From Guillardia theta CCMP2712 (taxonomy: Eukaryota; Protista; Cryptophyta): a stretch of 64,000 bases of DNA. The position numbers and the translations under genes are program-made. The stretch's first letter is position 1. Each line of letters begins with the position of its first letter. Of this stretch, positions 1-12,300 are shown piece after piece. Under the pieces are notes generated by a model that was not told where the DNA came from, did not search any database, and saw only the letters and a program-made list of their open reading frames with translations. The stretch lies in the NCBI RefSeq assembly GCF_000315625.1, contig NW_005434583.1:94032-158031 (forward strand). Reading direction: 5' to 3'.

Positions 1-727
1 AAAGGACTTGGATGCCGCTGCAAAGGACTGTCTAGAACGGTTGGGCCCCTGCTCGCTCCTCCCGTTCCTCCATGACAGATTCTGGCAGATATCTCTCCCC
101 TCGCGCTGTCCTCGCCATAACAAGCGGCAGCTGTACGTCCTCTGTCATCCTTCAACAGTCAAGATGCAAATGCTGACTCGCCTCCACTTTCTCCGCCTTC
201 CTCTCTGCCCCCCTTCTTCCCTTCCAATCCCTCCCTTCTCTGACTGCCTCCCGCTGTCCCTGCAGCAAGCGCCTTCTTGTACCGCAAGGAAGCAGTAGAG
301 GGCCGAGGGGAGCAGCAGAGCGCAGCAGTGGTCGTGACTGAGTTCACAATCCCTCAGCTGGAGGCTGTAAACCCTATTGGGGCAGGAGACACTTGTACCG
401 CAGGTCCCTCCTTGCCTCATCCTTGAGCTTGCACTCTCTGACTGCCACCTCCCCTCTCTCAGGCTTGCTGCACGGGATCGTACACGACTACCCCGTCGAG
501 GAAGCCTTCGCCTACGCTCTGGCCTGTGCAAGGTTCGTCCTCCTGCGCTGCTGGTGCTGGTGCTGACTGCTGAGCAGTGCGAGTTGCCTTCACTTGGAGG
601 GAGCGAACTTTGACCTGCGAGGTATCAGCACCGGGAGGGGAGAGGGAGGAGAACCAAGTGACTCGTTCGTGCAGAGACTCTACAGCTCTATGATAAGATC
701 ACGTACGAGGTTGTAAGAAAGATCTGA
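1..727 (+). CDS. PfkB/ribokinase-family carbohydrate kinase, 3' part (5' end outside window, spliced)
   Basis: Spliced reading gives ...EFTIPQLEAVNPIGAGDTCTAGLLHGIVHDYPVEEAFAYALACASASCLHLEGANF...KI* (TGA 725-727). NPxGAGD is the C-terminal PfkB signature. Introns are GT-AG. Confidence 0.8.
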
Positions 728-1062
728 TCGACGGTCAGTAGGCTAATGCCAGTAATCATGAGCACACGAGCTGCACCGTACGGTCCGCGCTGCCGCAGTG
801 CTTTCCGGGCCCGGACCCGGGGCCGCAGTGCTGCCAGTCACTGAAGGCACTGCCCCCGAGTACTGGCCCTACTAGGCTACTGAGAGGCTTCCAGAGCTGC
901 TACCAGAGAGGCTACGGGCAGTCACGGATCGGACGGTGGGCTCACGGTAAAGCGACCGTACGGTCCGATCGACCGTACTGTGACGGCGGCTGCTAGCTGT
1001 GCTGCAGTGTGCTGCTAGTAATAAGTCAGAAAGGGCAAGGGTGGGGAATAGAGGACCGTATA

Positions 1063-2495
1063 ATGGCGGATGGGGCGCAGCTCGAAGAAGGGGAGGAGAT
1101 GCTGCAAGGAGAGGGAGACTCGCTCCTTGGAGGGGAGGGAGAGGAGGCCCAACGGCCGCAGATGGCGGCAGGTAACCATGAAGGATACAGGAAGAAGAGG
1201 TTGGAAGTGAAGACCGATTTGGCACAGAGCGCGGGAAGCAGAGGCAACGCCGGGGCCGCACACCGCCACCCTCACGAGATCACGGGAGGATCGGAGGAGC
1301 TGCAACGGATAGAGAGAGGAGATGAAGGCTGGGGATGCGATCCTAGTGACCAGGACCTCACAGGGGAGGGGGGGGCTCTGACCCCGAGCTCGAGGGATAG
1401 GTATGCCAGAATGGTGAAGTTGGCGCTGAACCTGTCTCTGGTCCTCAACGTCCTGCTGATGCTCTCGAAGGTCTTTGCATACTGGAAGTCCAACTCGAAG
1501 TCCGTGCTTGCTACTCTGGCAGACTCCTTCGTCGACCTGCTGTCTCAGCTAGTGATCGCCATCGCCGAATGGAGCATGGCCAGGTACGATCCCCGCTACC
1601 CGGTGGGCAAGACGAGGCTCGAGACCATCGGTGTCATAATCTCCGCCGCCATCATGTCGGCAGCGTCCATCGAAGTGATGCAGTCATCTGTGATGGAGCT
1701 GTTGAGCTCCGAGCACGAGATCTCTCTGGACATCTACACGTACGTCATCCTTGGCTCGACCATTGTTCTCAAGATCTTCCTCTTCTTCTACTGCTACCAG
1801 CTGCGTGAGGTCTCTGGTTCCGCGCTTGCAGTCGCGGAAGATCACTTCAACGACATCATTTCCAACTCGGGGGCAATCATGACGGCTGCTCTTGCCAGCG
1901 AGCGCGCAGACCTGTGGTGGATGGACCCTGTGGGAGGAGGGTTGATCGCTGTGTACATAGTGTTCCGGTGGATTATCCTGGCGAAGAACCACATCGACAA
2001 GCTGGTTGGCATCTGTGCGGACCCTGAGTTCATCGAGCACGTCAAGCAGGTCGCCGATACCCACCATAGCCTCCTGCAGACTGACGCCATCCGCGTGTAC
2101 TACTTCGGCCAAAGACACATCGTGGAGCTGGAGGTGCGAGCGTGTGCCGTGTACCGAGGCTGCGCCGATGGCACGCAGTGTGACTGAGTTGTAGGTGATC
2201 CTTCCTGCCACCATGACGGTGCGAGAGAGTCACGACATCGCGCTCGAGCTGCAGCATCGCATCGAAGCGCTGGATGAAGTTGAGCGGTGTGAGGGAGCAG
2301 TCCCGATGACGTGGCTGACTTGCTTCCCAGGTGCTTCGTTCATGTGGACTATCAGTCACGGCAGGACGAGCTGCCGGAGCACAAGACCGAACGGGAGCTG
2401 ATCCTCGGTGCGGGTGAGATGCTGCCAGGGCGAAGCAGCTGGTGTTGACGGAGGTTGCAGGTCAGAACAGCGATGTGAGCGAAGTGAGCAAGTAG
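1063..2495 (+). CDS. Cation diffusion facilitator, Mn-CDF (plant MTP8-11-like) metal transporter
   Basis: ORF 1009-2187 plus 3' exons: ATLADSFVDLLSQ (TM2 DxxxD), RYPVGKTRLE, AEDHFND (TM5), and C-terminal VRESHDIALELQHRIEALDEVERCFVHVDY. ATG at 1063; stop TAG 2493-2495. Confidence 0.9.
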
Positions 2496-2701
2496 ACCAT
2501 GCCATGACCGCATATCGAGCAAGCTCCTTTTACCAGTTGATTCATTTCCCTGTCTTAGTTTCTCGTGTTGTCCTCCTCGTCCCGTTGAGCATTTTTTCCC
2601 CGGACTGCTTCTTGTTTCCACTCCAACCTCCCCGCTGCTCCCTCGTCCTCCTCCTCTCAGTCTTGTTTTGTTGGCAAGGAGTACAAGAGCGGAAAGGCTC
2701 C

Positions 2702-2996
2702 TCAGCTGGAGTTTGGCTGGCCGTACCGCCTGTAGGAGAAGTCAGTGGCAAATTCTGTCTTCCATGATTTCATACTTCCTGGACAAGTCGACCAGCAGCT
2801 CCCTCGTCCCTCCCTCGTCCTCTCGCGCGAGCTTCACCGTCACCTGAGCATGGAGGTCAACCCCGCGCCTGCCCCAGCACGGAAGAGAAATTCCTTGGTG
2901 CCCTCTGGGCCCCTCAGGCACTCGAACGCGTCTTCGATGTCCATCCCATCCATCGGCATGTCGTCGATCTAAATGGACAGCGTGATGAAGGGCAGG

Positions 2997-3028
<32 letters not shown>

Positions 3029-4316
3029 CAGTAGGAGTAGGAGTAGGAGTAGGAGACTCATCACCTGAAGCAGGATGTCGCCCATACTGATCTGGTTTGA
3101 GTGTGCCGCAGGACTTCCCGGGATCACTTTGAGAACGTACATGTGAGCAGGGCGATTGTTGACCTTCTCCTGTTTGCCGAGGAGGATCCCGACGCCAACA
3201 AAGGACTTGCTGGCGATGGGGGAGGAGGTCTCAGAGATCTGGCGCGACGTGTAGGTGGCGGAGCGGAAAGTGCAGGCAGAGTGCTTAGCCGCGAAGTCTT
3301 GGTGCAGCTTTCTCAGCTCGTTGTATTCCCTGAGGAGCAGCTGCAGCTCCTCTTGAGCTTTGCTGAGGTCAGAGACGAGGATTTCATTCTGGTTCCGCAG
3401 CCGACTGGCGATCATGGCAGACTCCTCGCTCTCCACCCTGATCCTGAGAACGTCCTGCTGCAGCTTGGCCCTGTCAGCAGTGAGCAGGGATATCTTCTCG
3501 GTCCATGCCTCTCGCTCTCTCCGGAGCTGATCCGCCTCCTCACTCGTCCGCTCATACTTGGCACGTTCCTGATCATACTTATCCTTCCACTTCACTGCAG
3601 TGCCCTCATTCTGCACCTTCTCCTTGATGTGATAATTCGCCCGCTCCTTCCACATCGTTCTCTCTTCCTTCAACGACGCAATCTCTGCCTCCAGCGCCTG
3701 CACTATCTCCTGCGCTTGGAACAGCCCGTTCTGTGACTGGTCGAACGTGCGCAGCTTCTCCTGCAGGAAGGACATCTCACTCTCCAGCCTCTCGTTCTCC
3801 TTCTGCAGCCGAACATGCGCCTCCTGGTCGACTGCCACCTGCTCCAGGTAGCTCTCGAGCTCTTGCACATTGCGTCGCAGCAGCATGTTCTCTTCCAGCA
3901 GGGACTTGCTCTCCACCCGCGCTCGCGCAAAGTCTTCTCGATCGATGTTCATGCCACTCAACGCTACCTCCAGGTCCCTCATCCTCTCCAGCGCAAGCTC
4001 GAGCTCTGAGATAAGAGAAGACTTCTCCGTCTTGAGGATCGAGATCTCCTGGATTGCGTACTCCATCTCCGTCAGCTGACCCTCCATCTTTGTCGCCTTC
4101 TCCCTCTTCTGCACTGCCTGCATCATCCCCTTCACCGATCAAACCCGGCGACAAGCTTGTCCTCACCTCCAACATCCATCGGATGTGCTCCTCCCGCACA
4201 AGTCTGAGAGCTCGATCCATCGCCTCCATGCCGCTGGGCTCATAGACGGTCTGCTGTTCTCTGCTACTAGAATGATGGAGAGCGTCGGCACCTGTCATGG
4301 TCAGGGAGGATGACAT
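2702..4316 (-). CDS. Long coiled-coil protein with C-terminal PDZ domain
   Basis: E/K/L/Q heptad-rich ORF 2969-4135 followed by VGVGILL...YVLKVIPGSPAAHSNQISMGDILLQ|IDDMPM...LRGPEGTK|VTVKLAR (PDZ). The first exon starts at ATG 4316. Confidence 0.8.
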
Positions 4317-4469
4317 TCGTGATAGAGATACCTTCGCTGGGCCGCCAGGTGCTCATTTGCGGGGTTGGTCCGTCATTCATGCTGAAATAGGACGTCAGAA
4401 GGTTTTCCTCTTCATGCCACACTATCGAAATTCCTGTAAATCTCGCTGACTCTTGTAGTTAGTCATGAC

Positions 4470-4639
4470 CTGACTGACTGACTGACTGACTGACTGACTG
4501 ACTGACTGACTGACTGACTGACTGACTGACTGACTGACTGACTGACTGACTGACTGACTGACTGACTGACTGACTGACTGACTGACTGACTGACTGACTG
4601 ACTGACTGACTGACTGACTGACTGACTGACTGACTGACT
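4470..4639. repeat. (TGAC)n tetranucleotide microsatellite, about 42 perfect copies
   Basis: Uninterrupted tgactgac... run read directly from the sequence. Confidence 0.97.
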
Positions 4640-5309
4640 TCGCCACTTGTCATCCTCGGTCCCCCTTCGCTCCATCGCAAATGAGATTCAATCTGTATCC
4701 TGAAACATTGGTACACATGATCTAAACTTTTGAAGTTTTATCGGAATATTTCAAAATATTTTCCCAAAACATCCGACAAATTTTACACAGCTCCACAGGT
4801 TGGTCCATCAAGTCAAAAGACAAGTTGACATGCCGTTGAAAAATAACGACCGCAACTGAGACCGTTTTAAGCCGCACTGCACGCGGCACTGCACTGCACT
4901 GCACTGCACTGCAGAGTCCGACACAACTGGGGGGCCCCGGGGGCCGGGCTTGGAAGCTCCGACCGTCCGGTCGTCCACCGGGAGCCGCGACCGCTGCCCG
5001 GCGGGTCACCAGGACTCGCCGGCGGCGGGCCAGGCCGGCGCGCCTGAGCCTGACGGCAACACTGGGAACCGAAATCGGCGTTGAACAAATGGATCGCATG
5101 CTCAGGCGGCAATGCAGCATCCTAGTATACAGTCTATCTCTAATGTGCTCCTTAATCCTTGTTTCGTGTGCATTAAACTCGGTCTTGAGCAAAAACTATC
5201 TTGTTGCAGCTGAGGTCGATATGATATCTGCATTACTTTGGCATGGTACAAGTCTAACAAACTTGTGCTCCGTCATGAACTCAGAGTCTCAAGGGGAGCG
5301 ACAGAATGT

Positions 5310-6434
5310 TTATATCTTTAGGTTGTGCAAGCTGTTGAAGAGCAGGAGCAAGAAGAGCTGTAAACCACATGAGTGTCGAACGCGGTGAGTGTGAACTGAG
5401 CGGGAGGGGAGAGGGACAGGAAATCTGTGAAGGAGGAAAGACTGGGGTGAGGGTAGGCGGAGGGATGGGGGATGGTTAGAGTGACCGGACTTTGAGGAGG
5501 GTCGAGGGAGGCGGGGGAACAGAAAGAGGGAGGGAGGGATGGAGGGAAGGAGGGAAAGGGAGTGAAGCAAGGGAAACGGAGGAAGAGGGAGGGAGGGAAA
5601 GGGAGGGGAGGGAGGGAAACGGAGGAAGAGGGAGGGAGGGAAAGGGAGGGGAGTCAGGGAGGGAGGGATCATGACCAGCACGAAGACAACGGCAAGAAAC
5701 TTCCAGTAGGACAGTGCTCTTCCGCTCATGCTCGACGCGAGCCCGAAGGGTGGCGAGAGACCGTGCTCCTTGATCAACTTGGCGACTGGTGGAGGTCAGC
5801 TGGAGGGAGGAGGGGACAAGAGATTCTCACCGATCTGACCCGAGATCAGGGCAGGAGGCATGCCGGGCCCGGGTACCGTCAGCTGCAGAAGAGTGAGGAC
5901 GAGCAGGGCAGGGAAATGAGAAGTCGAGAGGTTGAGGAGAAGCATGAAGTAGAAGTACAAGAACGAGAAGAATGAGGAGGAAGAGGTGGTGGTAGTGCAG
6001 GAGGAGGAGGAGGAGGAGGAGGAGGAGGAGGAGGAGGAGGAGGAGGATACTCTATCACCTGCCCAGCAAAGTAGAGGTTGTCCAGCTTGCGACATTTGAC
6101 AGGGGGCTTGAAGACAGCCGTCTGCATCAGGATGTTTGCTAGCCCGTAAGCGTTTCCTTTGTAGGATCTGCAGAAATTGTTGGTGAGCAAAGAAATCGAC
6201 ATGAAGAAACTGGGGAAAGGAGGTGGGAATGATGGAAGGAGAAGGGGGAGGGGGGGAGAGAACATAGGAGGAGAGGAGTGGGCGAGGTAGTATGGGTTAT
6301 TCGAGAGGGGGGAGGGGGGGCAATGAAATGAAGAGAGCACGACAGGAAAAGGTCACCTGTAGTCGTTTTCAAAATCGCGCATTGCGTATGATCTCTTGAT
6401 GACTACTGCACTTTGTATCTCCTGCAGAAAATCA

Positions 6435-6469
<35 letters not shown>

Positions 6470-8805
6470 CAAATATACCTGTCCTGTGTGTCGTTCCAGC
6501 CTCTCCATCACAATCTTGTAATACTTTTCCCTTAACTCGTCACTGTCTTTGAGCCCAGCAGCGAGGGGGATGAGAATGAAAACGTTCTCATGACCCTGAG
6601 GGAAGAGATAGAGTCATCTCAAAAAGGGGAGGGAAGGAGGGCGGGGAGGGGAAGATGGAGGTGGGGCAACTAGGAGGAAGGAGGGAGGAGGAGAAGATAG
6701 GAGAACGAGGAGGAGGAGGAGGAGGAGGAGGAGGAGGAGGCAGCGGCAGCGGCGGTGGCGGAGGAGGAGGCGAAGACGGAGGCGGAGGAGAAGAGGAGGA
6801 GGAGAAGGGCAGGAGGAGTAGGAGGGCAGGAGGAGGAGGAGGAGGAGGAGGGCAGGAAGAGGGAGGACCGCAGGAGGAGGAGGAGGAGGAGGAGGAGGAG
6901 GAGGAGGAGGAGGAACGTTCCTGAGGAGCAACTGAGGGATCCGACACACTGGAAACGCACACGTAGAACAACGGCCTTGAAGGCCAACTAAGGGAAAGTC
7001 AGTTCAGACACTTCCGGGCATGCCTTGGGGGCCCGACCTCGGGGCATCGTAGATCTCCTTAGCATGCTGCTCCAGATCCTCGTCGAAGAACAAGTTGTGA
7101 TGACTTTGACAAGGTGTCAAGAGCTGGGCAGTCTCGGGCCGCAAACTTTACCGCAGGTTGGAGAGGCGCTTCGAGATCCCAAGGTAGAAGACGAGGCTAG
7201 AAGGCGACATGACGAACCGACTCCACTGCTCCTCCGACAGGTTTCGATACCTGCCATGCGCGCATGAGCGGTTCAGCCCAGCTGTCAGGGCCGCTGACCT
7301 GGCGTCAAGGAGGTGTTGCTCCATGTGATGGTAGTCCCCAGCAGCGACGACGAAGTCCGCCTCGAAGAAGCCGGCAGCAGTCTGCACTCCCGTCGCTCTC
7401 TCCCCCTCCACACAGATCTTCTGTGCCTCGTACTCGTCGCCGCACTTGATCTTCACATGGAACTCTTGAGCCAGTCGCTTCATGGCCTGCGGGACCTGAT
7501 ACAGCCCGCCCTTGGGGTACCACGTGCCCAGCTGGATCGCTGCGTAGTTCATCATGGAGTACATGGCTGGGACGTTCTTGGGGGACCCGCCGAGGAAAAG
7601 GACAGGCCATTCCATGATGGAGACGAGGTCCGGGTGCTTGAAGTACGACCGCACATGCGATGCCTGCGACTTGAACATCTGCAGCCTGAGCGACTCTCGG
7701 AGCATCCGTATGTCGAAGAACTCCCACAGGTGGAGGCTCGGGCGGCGGACGTAGTCACTCATGGCCACTCGATACTTGTACTCGGCCTGCTGCATGAAGG
7801 ATCGGAACTTCGCCCCTGCCCCTGCCTCTTTCTTCTCGAACATGTCCTGAAGATCGCCAGCCCTGTCAGGGATGTCCAGCGGCCGGCCGTTGCTCATGAA
7901 CAGCCGGTAAGGAGGGTCGAGCCGCTGCAGCTCGAGGTATTGGGAGGTTTGCCGACCAAAGTAGGAGAACCAATCGTCGAACACATCTGGAGAAAGAGGG
8001 AGAGGGAGAGGGAGAGGGAGAGGGAGAGGGAGAGGGAGAGGGAGAGGGAGAGGGAGAGGGAGAGGGAGAGGGAGAGGGAGAGGGAGAGGGAGAGGGAGAG
8101 GGAGAGGGAGAGGGAGAGGGAGAGGGAAAAACCAGAGGAGGTGAGCTACAGCAAGTGCAAATTGCATGGAGTGCTTCAATGGCAGCACCTGGCATCCAGT
8201 ACCAGCTCGGGCCCATGTCAAAGGTGTATCCTCCCTCCTATCATCTCAGGGTTCACACGACAACTAACAACCTCGTTTGTGAACTAACTCACCTTCCACG
8301 CTCGACACCTACCACCCACATCAGGCAGCCTCTCCAAAACAGTGACATCAAAGCCGTCCTGACAAGAATGTTATCTTCGTTGTCCTTGTCCTCCTCTTTC
8401 ATCTCCTCGTAATGTACTCGCCCTCGCTCTCCTTGTCCTTGTCCTCACTCTAATCCCCCTTCTTATTCATACATCCTCTTTTTCCCCCTCCTCCTCCTTT
8501 TCCACCTCCTCCTTCTCCTCCTCATGCCTTCTTCGTCATCACCATCTCGTTCCAACCTCACCTTTGCCAGACAGCAAGCGGCAGACAAACCAGCGAATCC
8601 AGCACCTATAACCACCACCTTCTTCGTGGGCCCAACAGGAATGGACACGAACTCTGAAGGATCGTGCATAGAGCTGACCCCCTCCATCGACTTCATCAGC
8701 ATTCGAGACTCAACACATTCTCCCTCGAAGATCTCCCTGCATGCAGTAAGAGACAGGCGTCACGCACATTCACTTTCTCCTCGCCGTCTCATCCATTACA
8801 TCCAT
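5310..8805 (-). CDS. crtI: CrtI-family phytoene desaturase / carotenoid FAD oxidoreductase (Bacteroidota-type), multi-exon, with C-terminal hydrophobic tail
   Basis: Motifs across GT-AG exons: VVVIGAGFAGLSAACCLAK (Rossmann), VLERLPDVGGR, FDMGPSWYWMPDVF, WPVLFLGG, GTWYPKGG, AGDYHH, SYKGNAYGLAN, NLYFAGQLTVPGPGMPPALISG. Predicted ATG at 8805; stop at 5310-5312. Confidence 0.85.
7998..8126. repeat. (GGGAGA)n hexanucleotide microsatellite in a crtI intron
   Basis: About 21 perfect copies read directly from the sequence. Confidence 0.95.
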
Positions 8806-9344
8806 CTTCCCTTCCTTCTCCTCCCCTTCCCCCCAGTCTGCTTAAAAACTAGTAGCAGTAGCATTAGTAACTCTAAACCCCTATACTGAATTATTGGCCC
8901 TCTCGCTTTTCCCTCGTTCGTCTCCCCGTCCATTCTATTGGTTGGTCTCCCCTCTATGAGCTAGCTTCCACTCCCAGTCTTCTGCTATCAAGAGGATACA
9001 CATCAAGAGCATAGATCACCACCGTAAAGCTTCCAACAGTTTCTACACAGGAAAGAAAGAGAAGAGCGGGGAGGAAGAGCGTGGACGAGAAGGATCACGA
9101 GGATGAGGAGGGGAGTTGGAGGGCGAGGACGAGGAGAAGGAGGACGACAAAGATGAGGATAAGGGTCAAGAGGAGAGCGTATCCTCGTCCGGCATCTAGC
9201 GCATGCCCATTTCCCTCCTCCCCTCCTTCGCTTCGCTCAGCACAAACAAATCAGCATGACTGTGTCCTGGAATCGTCCCCCTCATCCCCCCTCATCCCCC
9301 ACAACAACAAGGATTGAGCGGGGATGCGGCCATTGAGGTGTGAC

Positions 9345-12300
9345 ATGGCGACTTGGAGGTCAGCTTTGGTGGTGGGGCTGCTAGTCGGCGCATGCTGGGG
9401 GAGGGAGGGAGAAGGAGGGAAGGAGGGAGCAGGGAGGAAGGGAACGAGCTTGCAGAACACGCCCAGGTACCTCAACAGGTACCTCAAGGCCAAGCAGGGC
9501 ATCGACGAGGAGGAGGCAGCAATTCAGCGTCGTTTGCACGAAGAGCTTTTCAGGGAGGACCAGCACCTGCGAGGCATCGCCCATGTCCTCGATGAGAACC
9601 CTGCCAAGACTAGAGGAGTTCGCCTGCCCTCGGCGGCAGAGAAGCATCCAGAAGTCCTGGAGAAGAAGAAGAAGATCGCAAGGGTCAAGATTGCTTTGGG
9701 TGATGTGACTGCTGTGTTGGGTCCTGCAGCTGATGGAGATGACTTGACAGCAAGGAAGGCGCACCTTGAGCACATGAGGAAGAAGAAGGCGATTCAGTCC
9801 ATGCAGAGCGACGATGCGAGCGACTCGCAGCCCGCAGCCAAACCAGCCCACCGAGTGTTACCACCTCATTTCGACATCAGGACAGTGAGGAGGTTTGATC
9901 CCGGACAGTCTCTCTCCTTCGCCCGCGTACTGCTCGAGCATCCTGCGCCTGCTATGCTGACGTGCGAGCAGGAGCTCTTCGAAACCTTTGCGCTCTCCTA
10001 CGCCGACACGTCGCTCATCACGGGATATGTCGGAAGGGACATTGTTCAATTGGGACATTACTATGTGAGAAAAGCCTCCGTTGTTGTATCCCCGCATGCT
10101 TGTGATGGAGGAGAACCTTTCCACCTCTAGTTCATCTGTCACATTCCTCTTTGAGCGCTGAACGAACTCTCCTCTCACCCTCCCTCTTAACCCTCCTCCT
10201 CCTCCTCCTCCACCAGCAGGAGGAGGTGCTGCGGCGGAGGCGGTGCTGCTGTAGTGTCGTCCTTGTTGTAGGTTGCCGACGACGACGGAAGTGGTGGTGG
10301 CCGTGGAGGAGTCGGAGTAGGCGAAGGAGTCGATGAAGATGAGCTTCTGCTGAGGNNNNNNNNNNNNNNNNNNNNNNNNNNNNNNNNNNNNNNNNNNNNN
10401 NNNNNNNNNNNNNNNNNNNNNNNNNNNNNNNNNNNNNNNNNNNNNNNNNNNNNNNCCATGAGATTAACGCCTGGGGCTCTCTCAACTATCATCTTCTTGC
10501 GTTGGAGGAGTACTTTGATACAAGTTGTTCGGGCAGAGTTCTACTCGTCAGTCTCCATATACATTCGATTTGCCAGCACGATCTGCTTCGAGTGTGCAAC
10601 TTCCGGGTTGCTCATCCATGTATCATACGAACCCTGAAACCCAGCCGACATTGATTCTGAACAGGTTGTAAGATGAGTTCAGGGGATCCAGAGAAACATC
10701 TCCCCCATGTGTGGCGTAAGATGTGGTCAGGGGATATTGAGAAGGGTCTGGACCACCTAACCACCACAAATGGCCGCGGCACCTTAAAGTTTCTCCGCTC
10801 ACGGCACCCCCCCTCCCCCCACCCTCCCAGCCCCCCTCCTCCTCCTCCTCCTCCTCCTCCTCCTCCTCCTCGTCCTCCTCCTCCTCCTCCTCCTCGTCCT
10901 CCTCCTCGTCCTCCTCCTCGTCCTCCTCCTCCTTGACTGCATGTACAGGCCATGACCCGCTTCGGCTGTGCGTTGGACTGCAACGACCCGCAGTTCAACG
11001 GTATCGATGGGATCTTGGGTGAGCAGAGCGTTAGCTGGACGGCTGTTGAGGGATACTGAAGCATCCTTTTCGCCTTCAGGGTTGGGGATGCCGGAAGCTG
11101 CTCTAGAGACTATTCCTACCCCTCTGATCTTCGCGCTTGCCAACGACAGGTTAGGAGAGAGAGGTCAGCTCGTGTGCTGCTGGACTGACCCGGCTGATGT
11201 GCAGGGGAGGGTTGGAGGGCCAGAACTACGTGAACGAACGGCCGATGTGAAGCAGTGAGGATCGGGTGCGACGAGCTGACGAGCGTTTCTTGCAGGCATA
11301 CGCGCAAGTTTGCCTTCTTGTCAACGGCGGTCTCAGGAGAACTCCAGCTGGGGGGATACGACAGTGAGAGACCAGACTGAGCTGGCCCTCCTCTTTCTCA
11401 CCCTCCTACCTCAGGAGCGAGCACCAACGCCGACATGGTTTACGTGCCCACCACGTCCACCACGGAATATTCAGTGAATGTCCAATCTCTGACGTGAGAA
11501 CGAACTCTGACCGCTCCCCTCCTCTGCTCTCCTTCTTCCCCTTCCCCTCCTGCCCCTCCTCGCCCCTCCCTTGCTCTCTTCTCCCGCTCGATATCGTGAA
11601 ACCTCAAACCCACTCCCTCCCAATATCCCTCCCTCTGATCTCCTCCTTTCCGCTTCCCCTCTGTCATTCTCCCCGACATTGCGGTGCTCATGGGCTGGCA
11701 GGTTTGGAGGAATTGAACTTCTCAACTGGAGAGATAAGACGCGTCCCAACGCGATCCCGGTATCCCACCTAGCATGCTTGCTTGTCTTGTGTAGAGCATG
11801 TGAGACTGTTCGGGGGTTGTTGAAGATGTTTCCTGTAGCCCTTGAGAGTTGTTATGAGTTGAGAACTAGCGATCTTTCTTTTGTCGTCGTTCTGCTTTGC
11901 TTGTTCTTTTTCTCACTTGGAGTGTAAGGCGATCCTCGACACGGGAACGACTTGCCTTGTCATCCCCGACAGCTTGTTGGGAGGAAGGTGTGATGATGTG
12001 GAGGTGTTGGTGAGAGAGAGCGAGAGAACGAATGTGGAGGAGGAGGAGGAGGAGGAGGAGGAGGAGGAGGAGGAGGAGGAGGAGGAGGCTGATCGCTACC
12101 AGGGTGACGGCAAAGCCATATTCTAAGTTCATGTCCATCATGACGAAAGGAATGTCTTTCTATATCACCATTGACGGCCATCTCTTCGAGATTCCGTTCG
12201 AATTCTGGTGAATCAAATTATCCATCCTCCTCCTCCACCACCTCCTCCCTTCCACCTGTTGTTGCTGCGGTTCCTCCTCCTCCTCCTCCTCCTCCTCCTC

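Noticed and set aside
4422-4716. ORFs encoding (SQSV)n
   Set aside because: These are translations of the (TGAC)n microsatellite.
6588-6991. Poly-P/S/G/E/L ORFs here and at 10.6-13.1 kb and 28.7-29.3 kb
   Set aside because: These are translations of intronic (GAG/CCT)n repeats.
7313-8287. 324-aa + strand ORF (and similar antisense ORFs over other genes)
   Set aside because: It is antisense to crtI and runs through a microsatellite, so it is a shadow ORF.
10456-10790. Complex sequence after the gap in the protease intron, as a hidden N-lobe exon or mobile element
   Set aside because: No DTG motif, protease motif or transposon motif was found in the frames read; left unassigned.
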